Under the pieces are notes generated by a model that saw nothing but the letters and a program-made list of their open reading frames with translations, was not told the DNA's origin and ran no database searches. From Raillietiella orientalis (taxonomy: Eukaryota), in the NCBI GenBank assembly GCA_036172245.1, contig JAYWIR010000015.1, forward strand, positions 1,302,001-1,366,000: 64,000 nucleotides of DNA. Reading direction: 5' to 3'. Positions 50,746 through 62,920 of the stretch are shown here, piece by piece. Both the position numbers and the translations under genes were made by a program. The stretch's first letter is position 1; every line of letters starts with the position of its first letter.

Positions 50746-53700
50746 CTTCCCTCCCTTTCCCCCCCCCCTCCTCCTCCTCCTCCTCACCGCCGCCACTTCC
50801 TCCCGCGGACTGTTATTTGATTCAATTTGCCCTTGACGCGCGGGTTTGCTCTCAGGTAAAGCGGAGGCAGCAGCAGCAGCAGCAGCGGACCCGTCCACCG
50901 TCTCGCTCGCATGCAAACCCCCCTCCCCTTCTTTTCCCTCCTTTCCGGCGGCGGTCTCCGAGCTGATGAAAGGCAGGCCTTCCGCTGGGGTGTTCGCCGC
51001 CGTCCTCCACCGTCGTCGTCGTCGTCCCCGGCTGCCTACTCACGTCCGCTTCTTAATTATTTGTTTTGTTTTCATTTCCATGGAAAAGAGGAACCCGGCT
51101 GACGTCTCGGGGGCTTCCAGCATGTTTTTTTTTTTTTTTTTCCCTCCCCTGCGCCCTCTCCCCTCCGCCTCCTTTTCTCCCTCCCTGTTCCACGAGGGGA
51201 AAGAGGAGGAGGATGAGGGAGATGGTAGGAGGGCGTGGGTGCACGGCGTGACGGCCCCGGCGGCGACGGACGAGCAACATCCTAGCATCACCGCAGCAGC
51301 AGCCGTGCTGCTGCTTCTCTTTGCTTCCAACGATCTTCTACTTTTTTCCTGCTCTCCTTTTTCCTTTCCTCGGGCAGCAGCAGGGAAGGAGAACACCGGT
51401 CCTGCCCGGGACTGCTGCTCCTGCAGGTCGTGCTGCGGATGGGACATCGCTCTGTGGCGGCGCCTCCTTCACACTGGGAGGGACCAAAGCCGGAGCCGAA
51501 GGGAGGCAGACGGGTTGGGCAGGATGAGGAGGAGGGGGAGGAGAACGGAGAGATGGGCCCTGAAGATTGCCCACTTGCATAGGATCTCTGAGGAGCTTTT
51601 TCAGGGAGGCGAAGTGCCTCCTCCTCTCCCGGAAGAGGAGCGCATCCGCTCAGCATCGGATCAATAAATAAGCAGATGAATAAATAAATGGAGATGAACC
51701 CGCGGCATTTCTCAGCCACCTCCTCACACGGCTCCAAACAAACATCGGCGGCGGCGGCAACAGCAGCCCATGCGTGCGCTGGTCCGTGCGTGCGAGAGCG
51801 CATGAGTGCGTGCGCCGCTACGTACGAGCGTGCGTTTGGTTTTTCCTTTTTTTTTTTTTTTTTTTTTTCTTCTGGTGCCGATACTGCTGCTTCCTCTTCA
51901 TTCCTCCTGATTCCCTCCCCTCCCCCCTTCCCCTCCCCCCACACGTGCGTCTGCACGAGCGGCCGCCTCTGCTGCTGCTGCTGCTGCGGAAGAAATGAGG
52001 AAACAGGGAAGAGAGCACTTCCCTCCCTCTTACGTCCAGAGAGACGACGGCTGCTCCCGCCCACCCCCATTCCCTGTCTTTCCACCTCCCTCTCCCGGCT
52101 CACTTTTTGAGCACACGTTTCCTCGCTCCCCCTCCTCCTCCTCTTCTCCCACCCCACGCCCGCTTTTGAGCAGGGTGGTTCCCGCGCGCACCGTGGTCCC
52201 CCTGCGGCCGGAGCAGAGCACCATCTCTTCCTGCGCGTCCCCGAGGGGGGGGGGGGGAGAGAAGGGGTGCACGAAAGGAAAAAGAGAAGGGGAAGGAGGG
52301 AGGAGAAGAGGTCAAAACCGGAAGGATCACACCTGGAAGATCGCAGACGAGGAGGAGGAGGAGGACGCGTGGGAACAGGGTGAAGGGAGGGGGCGTAGCT
52401 GGGCGTTGTCGGCAAGGGAGGAGGAGGACGGGCAGGAGCTTCACGGAGGAGAGAAGAGGAAGAGGTTGAAGAGAGTTCTCCCTTTGCCACCTCGTGTGCC
52501 CCGCCGCGTTTCCTGCCGCCGTTCCCGGCAGCAGGAAACGTGCGCGAGCGGCCGAACGGGAGGAGACAGCCAGGACCCCGGGACGGACGTTCCAGGTGAT
52601 GGGGTAAGGGGCAGCTCGGCAGGAGGAAGAGGAGAAGAAAAGGGCACCTCTCCTCCACGCTTCCCGCCTTCCCGCATCTCCCTCTTTTTGCTTGCTCCTT
52701 TCGCCAGCTCTGGAGCCACTTGCCCAGTCGCCGTCCGCCGAAGAGCAGAGGGGCAAACGCGTGGCCCGGCCGCCGAGGGCGGGAGTACCGTGAGGACGAC
52801 GGCAAAGGAGGGGAGGGAAGGGGGGGAGGCAGGAATGGAGCCCCGCGGGGTCTTCGGGGGAAGGCCGGAAGAGGACAGACTGCGAGCAAGTGCTGCCCGG
52901 AAACCACTCATGAGAGCACGGCGGGGCTTCCCTCAGTACAAGAGGGGGAGGGGCGGAAGTCCCGACTGGGACTTTCGCTCCCGCGTGCTCCTAGGAACGG
53001 CCGGTAGGGGCGAGGAAAGGGCGCCGCCGTCCTTGTGCTCCCGGCAAGGTTGAGGCACGAGAGCGACCAGCCTCGATCTGTGTTTTCCGGTTTCCTGGAG
53101 GTCGCGGGGGTCGGGCAGACCGGGGACCCTCCTCCGACTCCCTCCACCCTCACCGCGAGCAAGTGGGGAACGTCATCCTCCGGGATCCGTCGGTTTAATG
53201 ATGTGGGGAAGGAGAGGTCACGACGAATCTTTCCTCTCCCCCCCTCCTCCCCCCCACGGTGCCTTCTCAGCGGAGGCTACAGGGCGTCCCCCTTGTCCGG
53301 TCAGCGGCATCAAGGGAGCGGACGGAGACTGCGCGCGCGCCGCTGAGCGCGCGCGCGTTCCGCCTTCGAGTGGATGTCCGTGGACGGCGGCCGGGGGGGG
53401 GGGGAGCAAGAAGCAAACGGAAAGAAAGGAAACGCATGCACATAGAGAGCGGGAGGAGGGGAGGGGGGGAAGGTGGTGAAGAGGAGAAGAGAGAAACCTG
53501 CAGCCGATGGATGCCGACGATGGCGGCGGGGATTCCGACACAGCACGGCGCGGAAACGGGAAGGCGCTGAGAGTGCGCGTGCGCGCGCGCTGCCGCGGAG
53601 ACGGGCTGCTCGCCGCCATGTTGGGACGAGCGGAAAACCAGAGAGCAACACGTGAACGGGCAGTCGCTGTCGTGCACGGACGGAAGGTCTCGTGTGTGCC

Positions 53701-54110
53701 CACATGCCCACACGCATGCGCATGTTCGTGTTCGTGTATGTGTGTTTCCTTTCCTTTTCTTGCCCCTCCTCCCCCTCCCCCGCCTTTTTGTTCTCCCTCC
53801 TGTTTTTTGTTTTCCTCTCCCTCTCCCTCTCTCTTTCTCTGCCTCTCAACGGTTCCTTTGCCGACGAAAGTACGAAAAAATCGAAAATTTCCTTCGCTGT
53901 TTCCGCGGCAGTTATTATTGTAACCACGGAGATCGGCCATCATATTTTCAATCTCGCAATCTGATTGGCAACTGGCAGGAAACACACACACACACACAAA
54001 AAAGAAAAAAAAAAAAAACGCACTTAAATTTCTTGCAATAAACGCAAAAAAAGAAAAAAAAAAGAGAAGAAGGAAAAATTACAGTGATGATGCTCAAACA
54101 TCTGCAACAA

Positions 54111-54147
54111 ATGAAATTCCGCGTTCTCTGAGCGAACGGAATTTCAT
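54111..54147. other. Stem-loop with an 11-bp perfect stem
   Basis: ATGAAATTCCG (54111-54121) pairs with CGGAATTTCAT (54137-54147). Confidence 0.75.
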
Positions 54148-57100
54148 CCACACGCTGGATATCGAGAAGTCCTGTCGCCGGGCTCCGATGAGAGAACCTG
54201 CGAACGCCGGGAAAACAAATTGCGGCAGAACAAGGAGAGGAAGAGGGAGAGAGAGTGGGAGAGAGAGAGGAAAAAAAAGAGTAGAAAAAAAGGAGGGAGA
54301 GGAGCGAGAAAAAGAGAGAGAGAGATTGCCAGGGAATATCTTTACAAATTGACTTCGGAGTGCACTTGGGAAGTGAAATCAGATAATGGAGATAATTGTT
54401 CCAGAGGCTGCAGCAGCATCGGAAAGTGCGCAATAGGAAGCCATTAAAGCTTTCCGAACGTTAAGCGGGGAGAGGAGGAGGAGAACCCGAAGAAAACAAG
54501 CAGCGTGACAAGAGCACGCCACGCACGGATGCGATTCCAGGTGGCGCCGCGGAGTCTCGGCTTCGAGAACTCGCCAATTAGCGGCGGTCGGCAGCGGGTC
54601 GACGGGAGGGGCGCGGCGCGCGCGCGCGACGGATCGCTCGCACGCGGTCGCTCTCCGTGCCCCTGCCCCCCCCTCCCCCTCCCGTGTCTTGCGCTCTCGC
54701 GCGCGAGCACGAGTCCCTCGAGCGGCGGCGGCGGCTTTTGGCGGCCGCCGACGCTCGACCGCAGGCTCTGGGGAAGGCTGGAGACCAGGGAAAACGAGCG
54801 CTTCCTAAGTGCTGCTCCCCGGGAGGGTCCAGAGTCCTCCGCTTCGCCGCCGCCGCTCCTCTGCGTCAGCCACCAAGATCCGTCGTAGGCTCCCTTCCCG
54901 CTCCTCCCTCTCTCCCCTGCCGGGTCTCCAAGAGCAGCAGTAGCGCTCGAGGCCGAAAGCCAGACAGAGCAGGCTGGGTGGCTTCTGGAGTTCATGGAGC
55001 CGTCATCGCGGTGGAGACACGGAAAGAGGAACCGCAGGTGCTGCTGCCCCAGTCAGATGCACGTGCGTTTATTGACTGCAGAGCCCTCCGTTTCAGAGGA
55101 GATGCTTTGACCGGATCCTCTTCCTCCCTTCTTCCGATTCCTTGCCACGTGCTTCGGACGAGCTGGCGATGAGCACAGGCAGGCAGAAAGAGGAGGAGGA
55201 GAGGGGAAGAGGATCTAAGAAGAGGAAAAGGAGCAGGAGCAGGAGGAGGAAGGGAGGAATGGAAGAGGAGGAGGAAGAGAAGGAGGATGGAAGAAGAGCA
55301 AAAGGGAGGAGGACGAGGAGGGAGGGAGGGAGGGAGGATGGGGAGAGAACAAGAGCGAGGTGGAGGGGAGGAAGGGGAGTTCCGCGGGATGCCAGACGCC
55401 CGCGAAGGAGCAGCTCTTGCAGGCGCTCGCGTCGGGCCGCAGGTGCGATCCGCACGGAGGTCGCTCCGCGCGGATCGCGCAGCCGAGTCGTGGGGGAGGA
55501 AGGAGGAGGCGCGGTGGGATGGCAGCTCGTGCGGAAGCGTTCGGTCACACCGCGGCGCAGCTACCTCGAGGTTCGCGGGGCGCGCCTTTCTCCGCAGAGC
55601 GAAGGCGTCCTCCCACCCCTGCCCCTTCATCGTCCGGTGGGTGCTGGGACTGGGTCCGCTCTGTGGAGCACCCCGCCCGAAGCGTAGCTGCTCCTCTCCC
55701 GAAGCGGTGGCGCAGCCTGGCGGAAGTGGACCGGAGAGAGGAATCCCTGACGATCCTGCAGGTTCAGGTCTCGGTCGCTACCGAAGGGGTCAGCCCCTCG
55801 TCCCGGAGTCCACGGGCGGGCGCGAGATCCCTTGATCAAGAGGTAGGCGTCCTCATGAGCTCAGGGGAATTCTCCGGAATCTTTCCCCCTTTCCCGGAAA
55901 CGGGAGAGGGGGAATGGGAAAGGCGAGAGCTCCCCAAGGCGGAATTCAGCAGAGAGCGAGGTGTGGGGAAGCAGGGATCCCTGCGTCCCCCTTGATGGCA
56001 AGGACCTCACTTTTGTCCCGACGGCGTGAAGACGGCAAAGAGCAGCGGCCAGATGCCTTCCGGGCTGGGTCGGGAAAAAGCGGGATGCAGGAGCAATCCC
56101 GACCCCCTTCTTCACCTCGGACATGACCGAAGAGGGGGAACAGCTCCGCTCCCTTTTATGGAAAGGGAGGGAAGGACCCGTTCAGGTAGAGTAGGCCTGC
56201 GGGGGGGCGAGCGCGGTAGAGCGGAGGTTGGGGCGAAGTTCAAGGGTAGACACTCGAGCGTGGCGGGGGATCCGGGAACGCAGGGGAAGTGCGCTGGCGG
56301 AGGTCCTCCCGGAGCCCGGCGGCGAGGGGAGGAAAGGAGAGATGGTCCTGCTTCTGTAGTCCGTTTGGACGGTGGACAGCAGCGCCGGCACTGAGAAGGA
56401 AAGAGGGCAGGGAGGACGCGCCAACCCGCCGCCCCGGTACGGACGCAAGCAGAGCGGCTGACCTCAGAGTCGGCTTGCGGAAGGCAAGGGGTCAGAGGTC
56501 GCGGGAGGGCGACGGAGGAGGAGGCTCGTCCGCAGGTGACGGCTGCGGCGCCTCGCTTTTCCGCTCCTGGCGCCGAGACCGGAAGTCCTCTTGCCCGCGG
56601 GTGCGAGAAGCCACTCGGAGGAGATTCCTGGAGGGAGGGGGGGAAGGGGAGGGATGGAAACGGGAAGGGGACGGGGTGGGAGGAAAGGGGAGGCGATTTT
56701 TCGAGGGTGTCGTCGTCGCATTCCCCGCGGCGTCTTCAGAAGGGTCGCGGGGACAGCGACGTGGGTGGGCTGCAGCGAGGGAAGGCGGGATCCCAGGGAG
56801 CCGCCGGGAGAGGTGGGAAGTGGAAAATCACAGGACGAACCGGGAGGGAGGGAGGGAGAGCCTACCGCGCGCGCGACTGTCAGAAGGGAACGACCTGCGG
56901 GTGATCGTCTCTCGCTCTTCAGGTCGAGCCGAGAAAGATGGGCACGCTCTTCGCGGGCCAACGAAGGGCTCCTTCCCTGCCTGCGGGAGGGGAACGCGCC
57001 TTCCATTGGGTCGATCTCGCGCCGGAGGGCACAACCGGAGAGCAGCCGCGTCGTCCTTTCGGGAGAGTTCCTGAAAGGCACGAGCACCTGACGGTGGGAT

Positions 57101-57884
57101 GCCTCCATGCCGGGGATGGAAGAACTCCCGGGATGGAGGAGAAAGGGGGTGGGGAAGAAGGAGGTACTGTCCAACCTGCTGGAAACGTATCCTCGGAGGA
57201 TGAGCGCCAAGGACTGCCGGCCTGTGGATGCTGAGCCTGCCCTCTCGTGGCTGAAGGCCGCGAGCGCTCAGTACCGGTCACTGAGAACCCGCATTCAAAA
57301 GAAAGGGGACGGAGGAGAGAGGGAAGAAAGAAACAAAAAGCGTCCGGGATTAGCGTCGGGACTGGGCCCCTCGCTGCGCCTTGAGCGAGGGACAGTCGCT
57401 CCCGCACGTCCTCGCTCTCCCGGAGGCCACATTCCTCTCTCCTCTCCATTGTGGATGCGGCCATCCATCAAGACGGGCTTTCCCGAGCAGTGGAGGTTGC
57501 GGTGAATGAAGCGCGAGATGGTTGCCATTTGCATCACACGCATTCTGCGGCGGGGGGAGTCGAAGATGCCTCGGGGAGGGGCGGGAAGAATTTTTCGCTC
57601 CGCACTAAAACGCCTGAATAGCCAGCCAGCCTGTCGGGCGGAGATCCGATCGGAAGAAACCGAGAAGGAGGGGGAGGAGGAAGGAAGGGGGAGGAGAGGA
57701 GGAGGAGAAGAAGGAAAGAAAAAGGAAAAAAAAAATCATCATAAAAGTTGGAAACCCCGACCTCTCTCCTTTGTGTGTTCTAGAAAAACGCGTCCCGTCC
57801 GCGGCGCTCTTCTCCGTTTGCGCGATTTCAGAATTCCATTCACCTTGATGCGAGGGCCATTGATAAAAATCAGGCGTGCACGCA

Positions 57885-58360
57885 GGCGAGAGACGCAGAG
57901 AGACTCAAAGAGACAGACAAAGGCACGAGGCGGAGAGGGACGCAGAGAGAGACGTGTACAGAGAAACGCCGGGGAACGCAAGGAAACATCAGGAAGGCAG
58001 AGGAGAGGGACAGCGCAGAGACCTGCAGACAGAGACAGTGGAGACAGATGCAGACTGAGAACGCAAGGAGACTTCAGGAAAGCAGCAGAGAGAGACAACA
58101 GACATGACAGAGAAAGAACACGAAGGCGAAGAGTAAGAGAAAGGCGTATGCAGAGACGGGGAAAGATACAGGGAGAAGATGGGCACGAGTAGGGAGAGAC
58201 GGAGACACGGAAACGAAGGCAGAGGCAGAAAGATGAAGAGCTGGAGGTTGGTGAGCAGCACAGAGACGATGCCAAGATGGAAGGAGAGCGAGGTGCTCAG
58301 ACAGAGGAAATGCAGAGGCGCACACACAAGGGCACGGAAGGATCACAAGGAGACTCGCAG
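57885..58360 (+). repeat. Degenerate AGAG/AGAC low-complexity tract
   Basis: About 480 bp of T-poor CAGAGAGAC-like words, stylistically distinct from the GGA-rich tracts elsewhere. Confidence 0.7.
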
Positions 58361-60243
58361 ATGCAGGAGCTCTCGTGAGAAAATGTGCAGGAGGACGGAT
58401 TCTCCCTTCTCACTCGTCTTTCGGAGTTGCGCGCGCCGTGGGAGCGGGAGGGTTCGAAGGCGCGTGCGAGACGCGGGCGACGAGGCCACTCGGGAACGCG
58501 CAACCCGCGAAGGTGGTCAGGGAAAGGTCTGGAGGGTCAGGTCTGGATCGGGAGAGGGAAAGGAAAGGGAGGCGGCCGCGACCCCATGCGGCATTCCCGG
58601 GAACCGCGAACGACGACGGAGGAGGAAGAAACGAACCCACCGCCGGAGGCACCGTGCTCACCGAGGCGCGCGCGAGCCATTGGGAGGGTTTTCAGGAAGG
58701 AGCATGCAACCGCCCAGGGGGGCTGGGGATGGCAAGCGACCCGGAGTGCAGACTCCCGGCTTTCCCCATCGACCGAAGAGAGAGGGAGGATAAGGGTGGG
58801 CTTCTGGTGCGAGAGCCTCCACGCTCGGAACCCGCATCTGGCCGGCCCATGAAGGTGACACTTCCTGGCGGATCAGACCGGTAGGCACCGGGAAGGAGGA
58901 TGCAGCCGCTCTGCCCTCCGGCATGCTCTCATCCAGCACCCCCACCCACTGCCCCTTCCTCGTCCTCATTTTTCCCTTCCCCCACCCCTAACTTTCCTTC
59001 CTGCTCTGAGTGCCGTCAGCAGAGACAGCGGGAGCCCCTCTGCCTCATTCACCCCAGTTACAAGCGGGGAGAGGCGATGCGCTGCTGCGGCTCCGGAGTG
59101 GGTCCGGAGGGAGCGACGAAGGTGCTGCCGTTTAGAGGGATGCGAGCCAAGGGGAAGATCCTCAGGACCTCTACGGGGCGAGGAAATCGGCGAAGGGAAG
59201 CAGCAGGGGGTGGAGGGGTGGAGCGGGAGAGAAGAGGGGAGGAGGAACGGAAGCGACGGAAACGGCGAGGAGGGAGAGTTCTTGTTTTCGTGGACGGGAG
59301 CCCCTGCTGCTGCTCTCAGTCCTGTAAGGGCAACCGCCCCTGCACGCAGGTGAGTGCGCCAACAGAGGCAGCGGGGCCTTCTATCGCCCGATGGCCTCGC
59401 GCGGGGCGCGAGGCACCCTAAGGAGAGAGCCGCGCGCTGCCCTGGCGGCGGGCATCCCTTCCGTAAGCAGCCCTTCCATTCCTCGTTTTCCTGCCATTCT
59501 TTCCCCCCCCCCCCCGACCCCAAGCCGCCGGCGATCGAAACGATCCCCGTCGTCGGTCCTAGACCCGCATCGACTGCGCGCCACGCCCCAGGCGCGGGAG
59601 GGATCCTCCGGTCGGCCTTCCTCCTCGACCATTCTGCCGCTCCTCCCGCAAAAGAAGACCCCAGCTGCTGCCGCAGCATGGACGAGGACGGGGGGGAAGG
59701 GGGAGGAGGAAACGGAGGCAGACGCGCGCGCACCATCGCCGGGGAAGCGGGCGGAAGGTGCGATAAATCTCTTCCGCGAAGATTCAGCGCAAGAAGCGAG
59801 AGCCGGCCGGGGTTGTTTTCGAACCATAAATCTCGGCTCCGGGAACGATCGGAATCTGCAAATCTTTTGCGAAACCAATCAAAAACGAAAATCCTGTTTT
59901 CAGCCTCAGCTCTCCCCCTCCCCCTCCCCCCTTTTCGTCCTCACTTTATTTTTTTCCTTATTTTTTTATTTATTTTTTTTCCTTTTTTTCTCTCCTTCTA
60001 CTTCTTCTTCTCCTCGCCTTTTCGAAATTCCGAGCGACCGCACTTTCAGTCGTCCGAGATGTAGACGCCGCCCACCGAGTGGTTCCTTTCGGAAGAGATG
60101 TTTTCCCCCGATCTTTCGGAAACAAACAGCCTCCCGGATGCCTCGACGAGAGACAAACAGTTCTTTTCGAGTCGCGCAGCTCCTGGCCACTCTCGGAGAA
60201 CGAAAACCGCGCTTCGGGCTGCGGCGGCTGCCGGTCCACTGGT

Positions 60244-60457
60244 AGGAGGAGAGGGGAGGGAAGAGAATGAAGGAGGAAGAGAGGGCGGAAGAGAGGGAGG
60301 AAGAAGGGAGAGAAGGATGAAGGGAAGAGAACGAGGGAGGGAGAAGAAGGAGGAGGAAAAGGAAGGGGTAGGAGGAGGTGGAAGGGGAACAGAAAGGAGA
60401 GAGGGAGGGAGGGAGAGGGAGGATGAGGATGAGGAAGGGGAGAAGGAGAAAGGGAGA
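60244..60457 (+). repeat. Near-pure homopurine (GGA/GAA) tract
   Basis: About 210 nt with very few pyrimidines. Similar tracts lie at about 6500-6670, 9090-9230 and 55190-55380. Confidence 0.8.
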
Positions 60458-61879
60458 TCGGGGTACAAGATCAAGGAGTCAGGTTCGTGTCTCTCCCCTT
60501 CTTCCTGGCACTTTCTCCCAAGCAGGAACCTCCGGAGAGTCGTTTGCTGACGGGGGATGAAGTGCGCCCATTCGTTGTTGCTCCTCCAGGAACGAACCTC
60601 GCCCTATCGTCCGTGTCTCTCGGTGCCTCTGAGCCTTCCCGAGCTGCCTTCTTTCCTCCCCAGCACGTTCCGCTCCCTTAGCTCCCACACCGGGTGAGCG
60701 CGGTGAGTCCGGAGAGGAGGTGCGCAGGGCCATCCTGCACTGTCACTCGACGCGGAAGGAAGAATCGAGCTGTCTGGGAGAGCTGCAAATTGCTCAAGAA
60801 TCTTCGAACTCGGATGCCTCCCTCTTCCTCCCCCCCACCTCCTTGGGGTTTGCGGAGAACCCAAGGTCTTCGAGGCCTGCGTCCAGCTTCTCTGCCCTCC
60901 GGTCGAGGCTGTAGAGATGGTGACTCAGGGAAGGTCCGAAATTCTTCGAGGTGCGACCAGGACCCTTCCGGGAGTTCCTGGAGGGATGACCTCGGTGCAC
61001 GTCGGGATCTGCTCTCAAAAATTTCGCTTTCAGCGCCCCCGGGAACCTTTCTGCAAGAAGCGAGGCGCAGCGGCACGGCGGTGCGCGCGTCCCCAGGAAC
61101 GCGCCCATCCAGAGCGTATGCAGCTCTTCGCGTGGTCGTCAACCTTTCATCCTTTGCTTTCGATGAGGATGCCCGCTCCAGTCCTTCGTGCTTCAGTAGC
61201 CGCGAGACTCGAGCTCTCGGGGCGCGGCGTTTCGCGCGCGCCTGGTCCCACGTGGGTCCCCTCAAGGAGGAATCCTTTCCATGACCGGAAGATTAGAGGA
61301 GAGCTCCACCTGCCCGCCCCTTCGGCATTCGGGTGGCTTCCTGGCAGCGGGCGCAGCGAGTGGGTGCTTGAGTTCGGGCGCCGTAAAGGGGAAACGTCAG
61401 ACGTCAGGGAAGAGTGGAGACGAGGAGGAAGGAAGGAAGGTGAGGTTTCCTCGAACAAGGAGCTTTGCAAAGATGGCAACGGAGAGGGAGAGCAAACAGA
61501 TCCCGCTGAGTGGCCCACGTGAGATTCAACCTTAGCTAGGAGTCTGACTGCCGAATTAGGAGGGGGGGGGGGGAGAGAGAACACGGCCGGGAAAGCGAAA
61601 CAACAGAGAGCCCGAGGTGGAGGTGGAATGCTTCGAGAGATGGTTGGGAGCTCTCGGACCGGAGGCTACATGGATCACTCAATAACATCTACATCTTCAA
61701 GAACTTCAGTTGCCCTCCTCTTCCTTCACCCATGAGGGGAAGGAACAGCTTTCAAAAGAGCAAGAACTCTTTCACAAGACGGATGACGTCACTGGTCACA
61801 TGGCTCGTCTATCCCGCCACGTGTGCGCGCTCTCACTGAAAAATGAGTTTCTGGAGCAACGGTGACTGGAAAGACGTTG

Positions 61880-62062
61880 GAACCTCTTCCTTCCAATTCC
61901 TTTACTTCTAATTATTCTTGTTTTTTTTTACTTCTACTTCTTAGTCTTTTACTTCTTCCACTTCTACTTTTGCTACTTCCTCATCTACTTCTTCTCCTTT
62001 TACTTCATCTATTTCTTCTTTTTCTACTTCTTCTTCTTCAGCAACTATTATCACTACTGGTT
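61880..62062 (-). pseudogene. E/V/K-rich codon tract with in-frame TAA and a frameshift in an A run
   Basis: Minus strand EPVVIIVAEEEVEKEEIDEVKGEEVDEEVAKVEVEEVKD*EVEVKK, slipping phase at the A9 run (+ strand T run 61921-61929) to QE*LEVKELEG. Confidence 0.45.
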
Positions 62063-62344
62063 CCGTAAACCACTTTTTCTCTCCCCTCTGTTTCTCCTCC
62101 TTTCACGCGACGCTATCGAGAGTCCCGGTGCCAGTGGGGGTTTCCTGCATCTCAAAACCTCGGAGTGCGTGATACCAAGGGTCTTGGATTAGCCTCGGTA
62201 TCTCTGCTGCCGAGACAGCGACGTCGAGGCCGTCGATGGTCAGAGGATGAATTTCCAGCGCCCATCCATCTATCTCTCCTCCTCCTCCTGAGCACCTCTT
62301 CCCCGTGCTGCTGTCCTCAGCATCCAAGGAGCAGGTCCGGAAAA

Positions 62345-62920
62345 ATGTATGCGCTCAAAAGAGGAGAGACAGCAGAAACCTCCGAGGCACCGCCCTCGCC
62401 GGTGCCTGCAAACGGTGTCTTCTCCGAAGAATCGCACACACGGCACCGGCAGCAGCACGAGCTACGGGAGGCTCTGCGTGGTGCTCGTCGTTGTCTCATC
62501 AACGCGAGGCATTCATCCGCAGCGGCTTTCTCTTGGACGCCGACCTGTTCTTCCGCCACGGAGGTTCCGCTGTCCCCCCGCTTTCCCAAGCGAGAACCAA
62601 CGGAGCAGCGCTTTGCCCTGCGGTCATCCCTGAGACAAGCATAGAAGGAAGACTAGGAACGACTTTGGCACCTTCAGCAGAGCCTCCACGTTTCATCCTT
62701 CGGCGGCACGGTTCCTAGAGGAAGTGAACTTTCCGAAGAGGAGACATTAAGGGCGACCCTTCTTCTCTTTTCCTTTTTACGTTCCCGACGCGGGAACCTA
62801 CCCGAGCAGGATTGCTTTCCGATCTCGCTCCTGATTAAAAAGATTGCTCGAGAGAGATGGGAGCGCATCCCTTATTCATCAGCTCCATTAAAGATTGATC
62901 AAGAAGCAATGACCTCGTGA
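62345..62920 (+). pseudogene. About 190-codon coding-like frame interrupted by two TAG
   Basis: MYALKR...RSSLRQA*KED*ERLWHLQQSLHV...ELSEEETLRATLLLFSFLRSRR...LLIKKIARERWERIPY. TAG at 62642 and 62654, TGA at 62918. Confidence 0.35.

Noticed and set aside
51288..52907. Longest ORFs in the track (539 aa here; also 40810..42345, 28959..30428, 41889..43319)
   Set aside because: They are dominated by R/P/S/G/L, cross homopolymer and microsatellite runs, overlap equally long ORFs in other frames and contain no recognisable domain. This is expected from GC-rich, TA-poor composition.
62339..62910. Protein-kinase-like words (GKMYALK ... LSEEE ... D..P.SLLI ... LKID)
   Set aside because: No glycine loop, HRD or DFG, and the Lys-to-Asp spacing (about 150 aa) is far longer than in typical kinases. 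Probably chance resemblance, though an HMM search would settle it.
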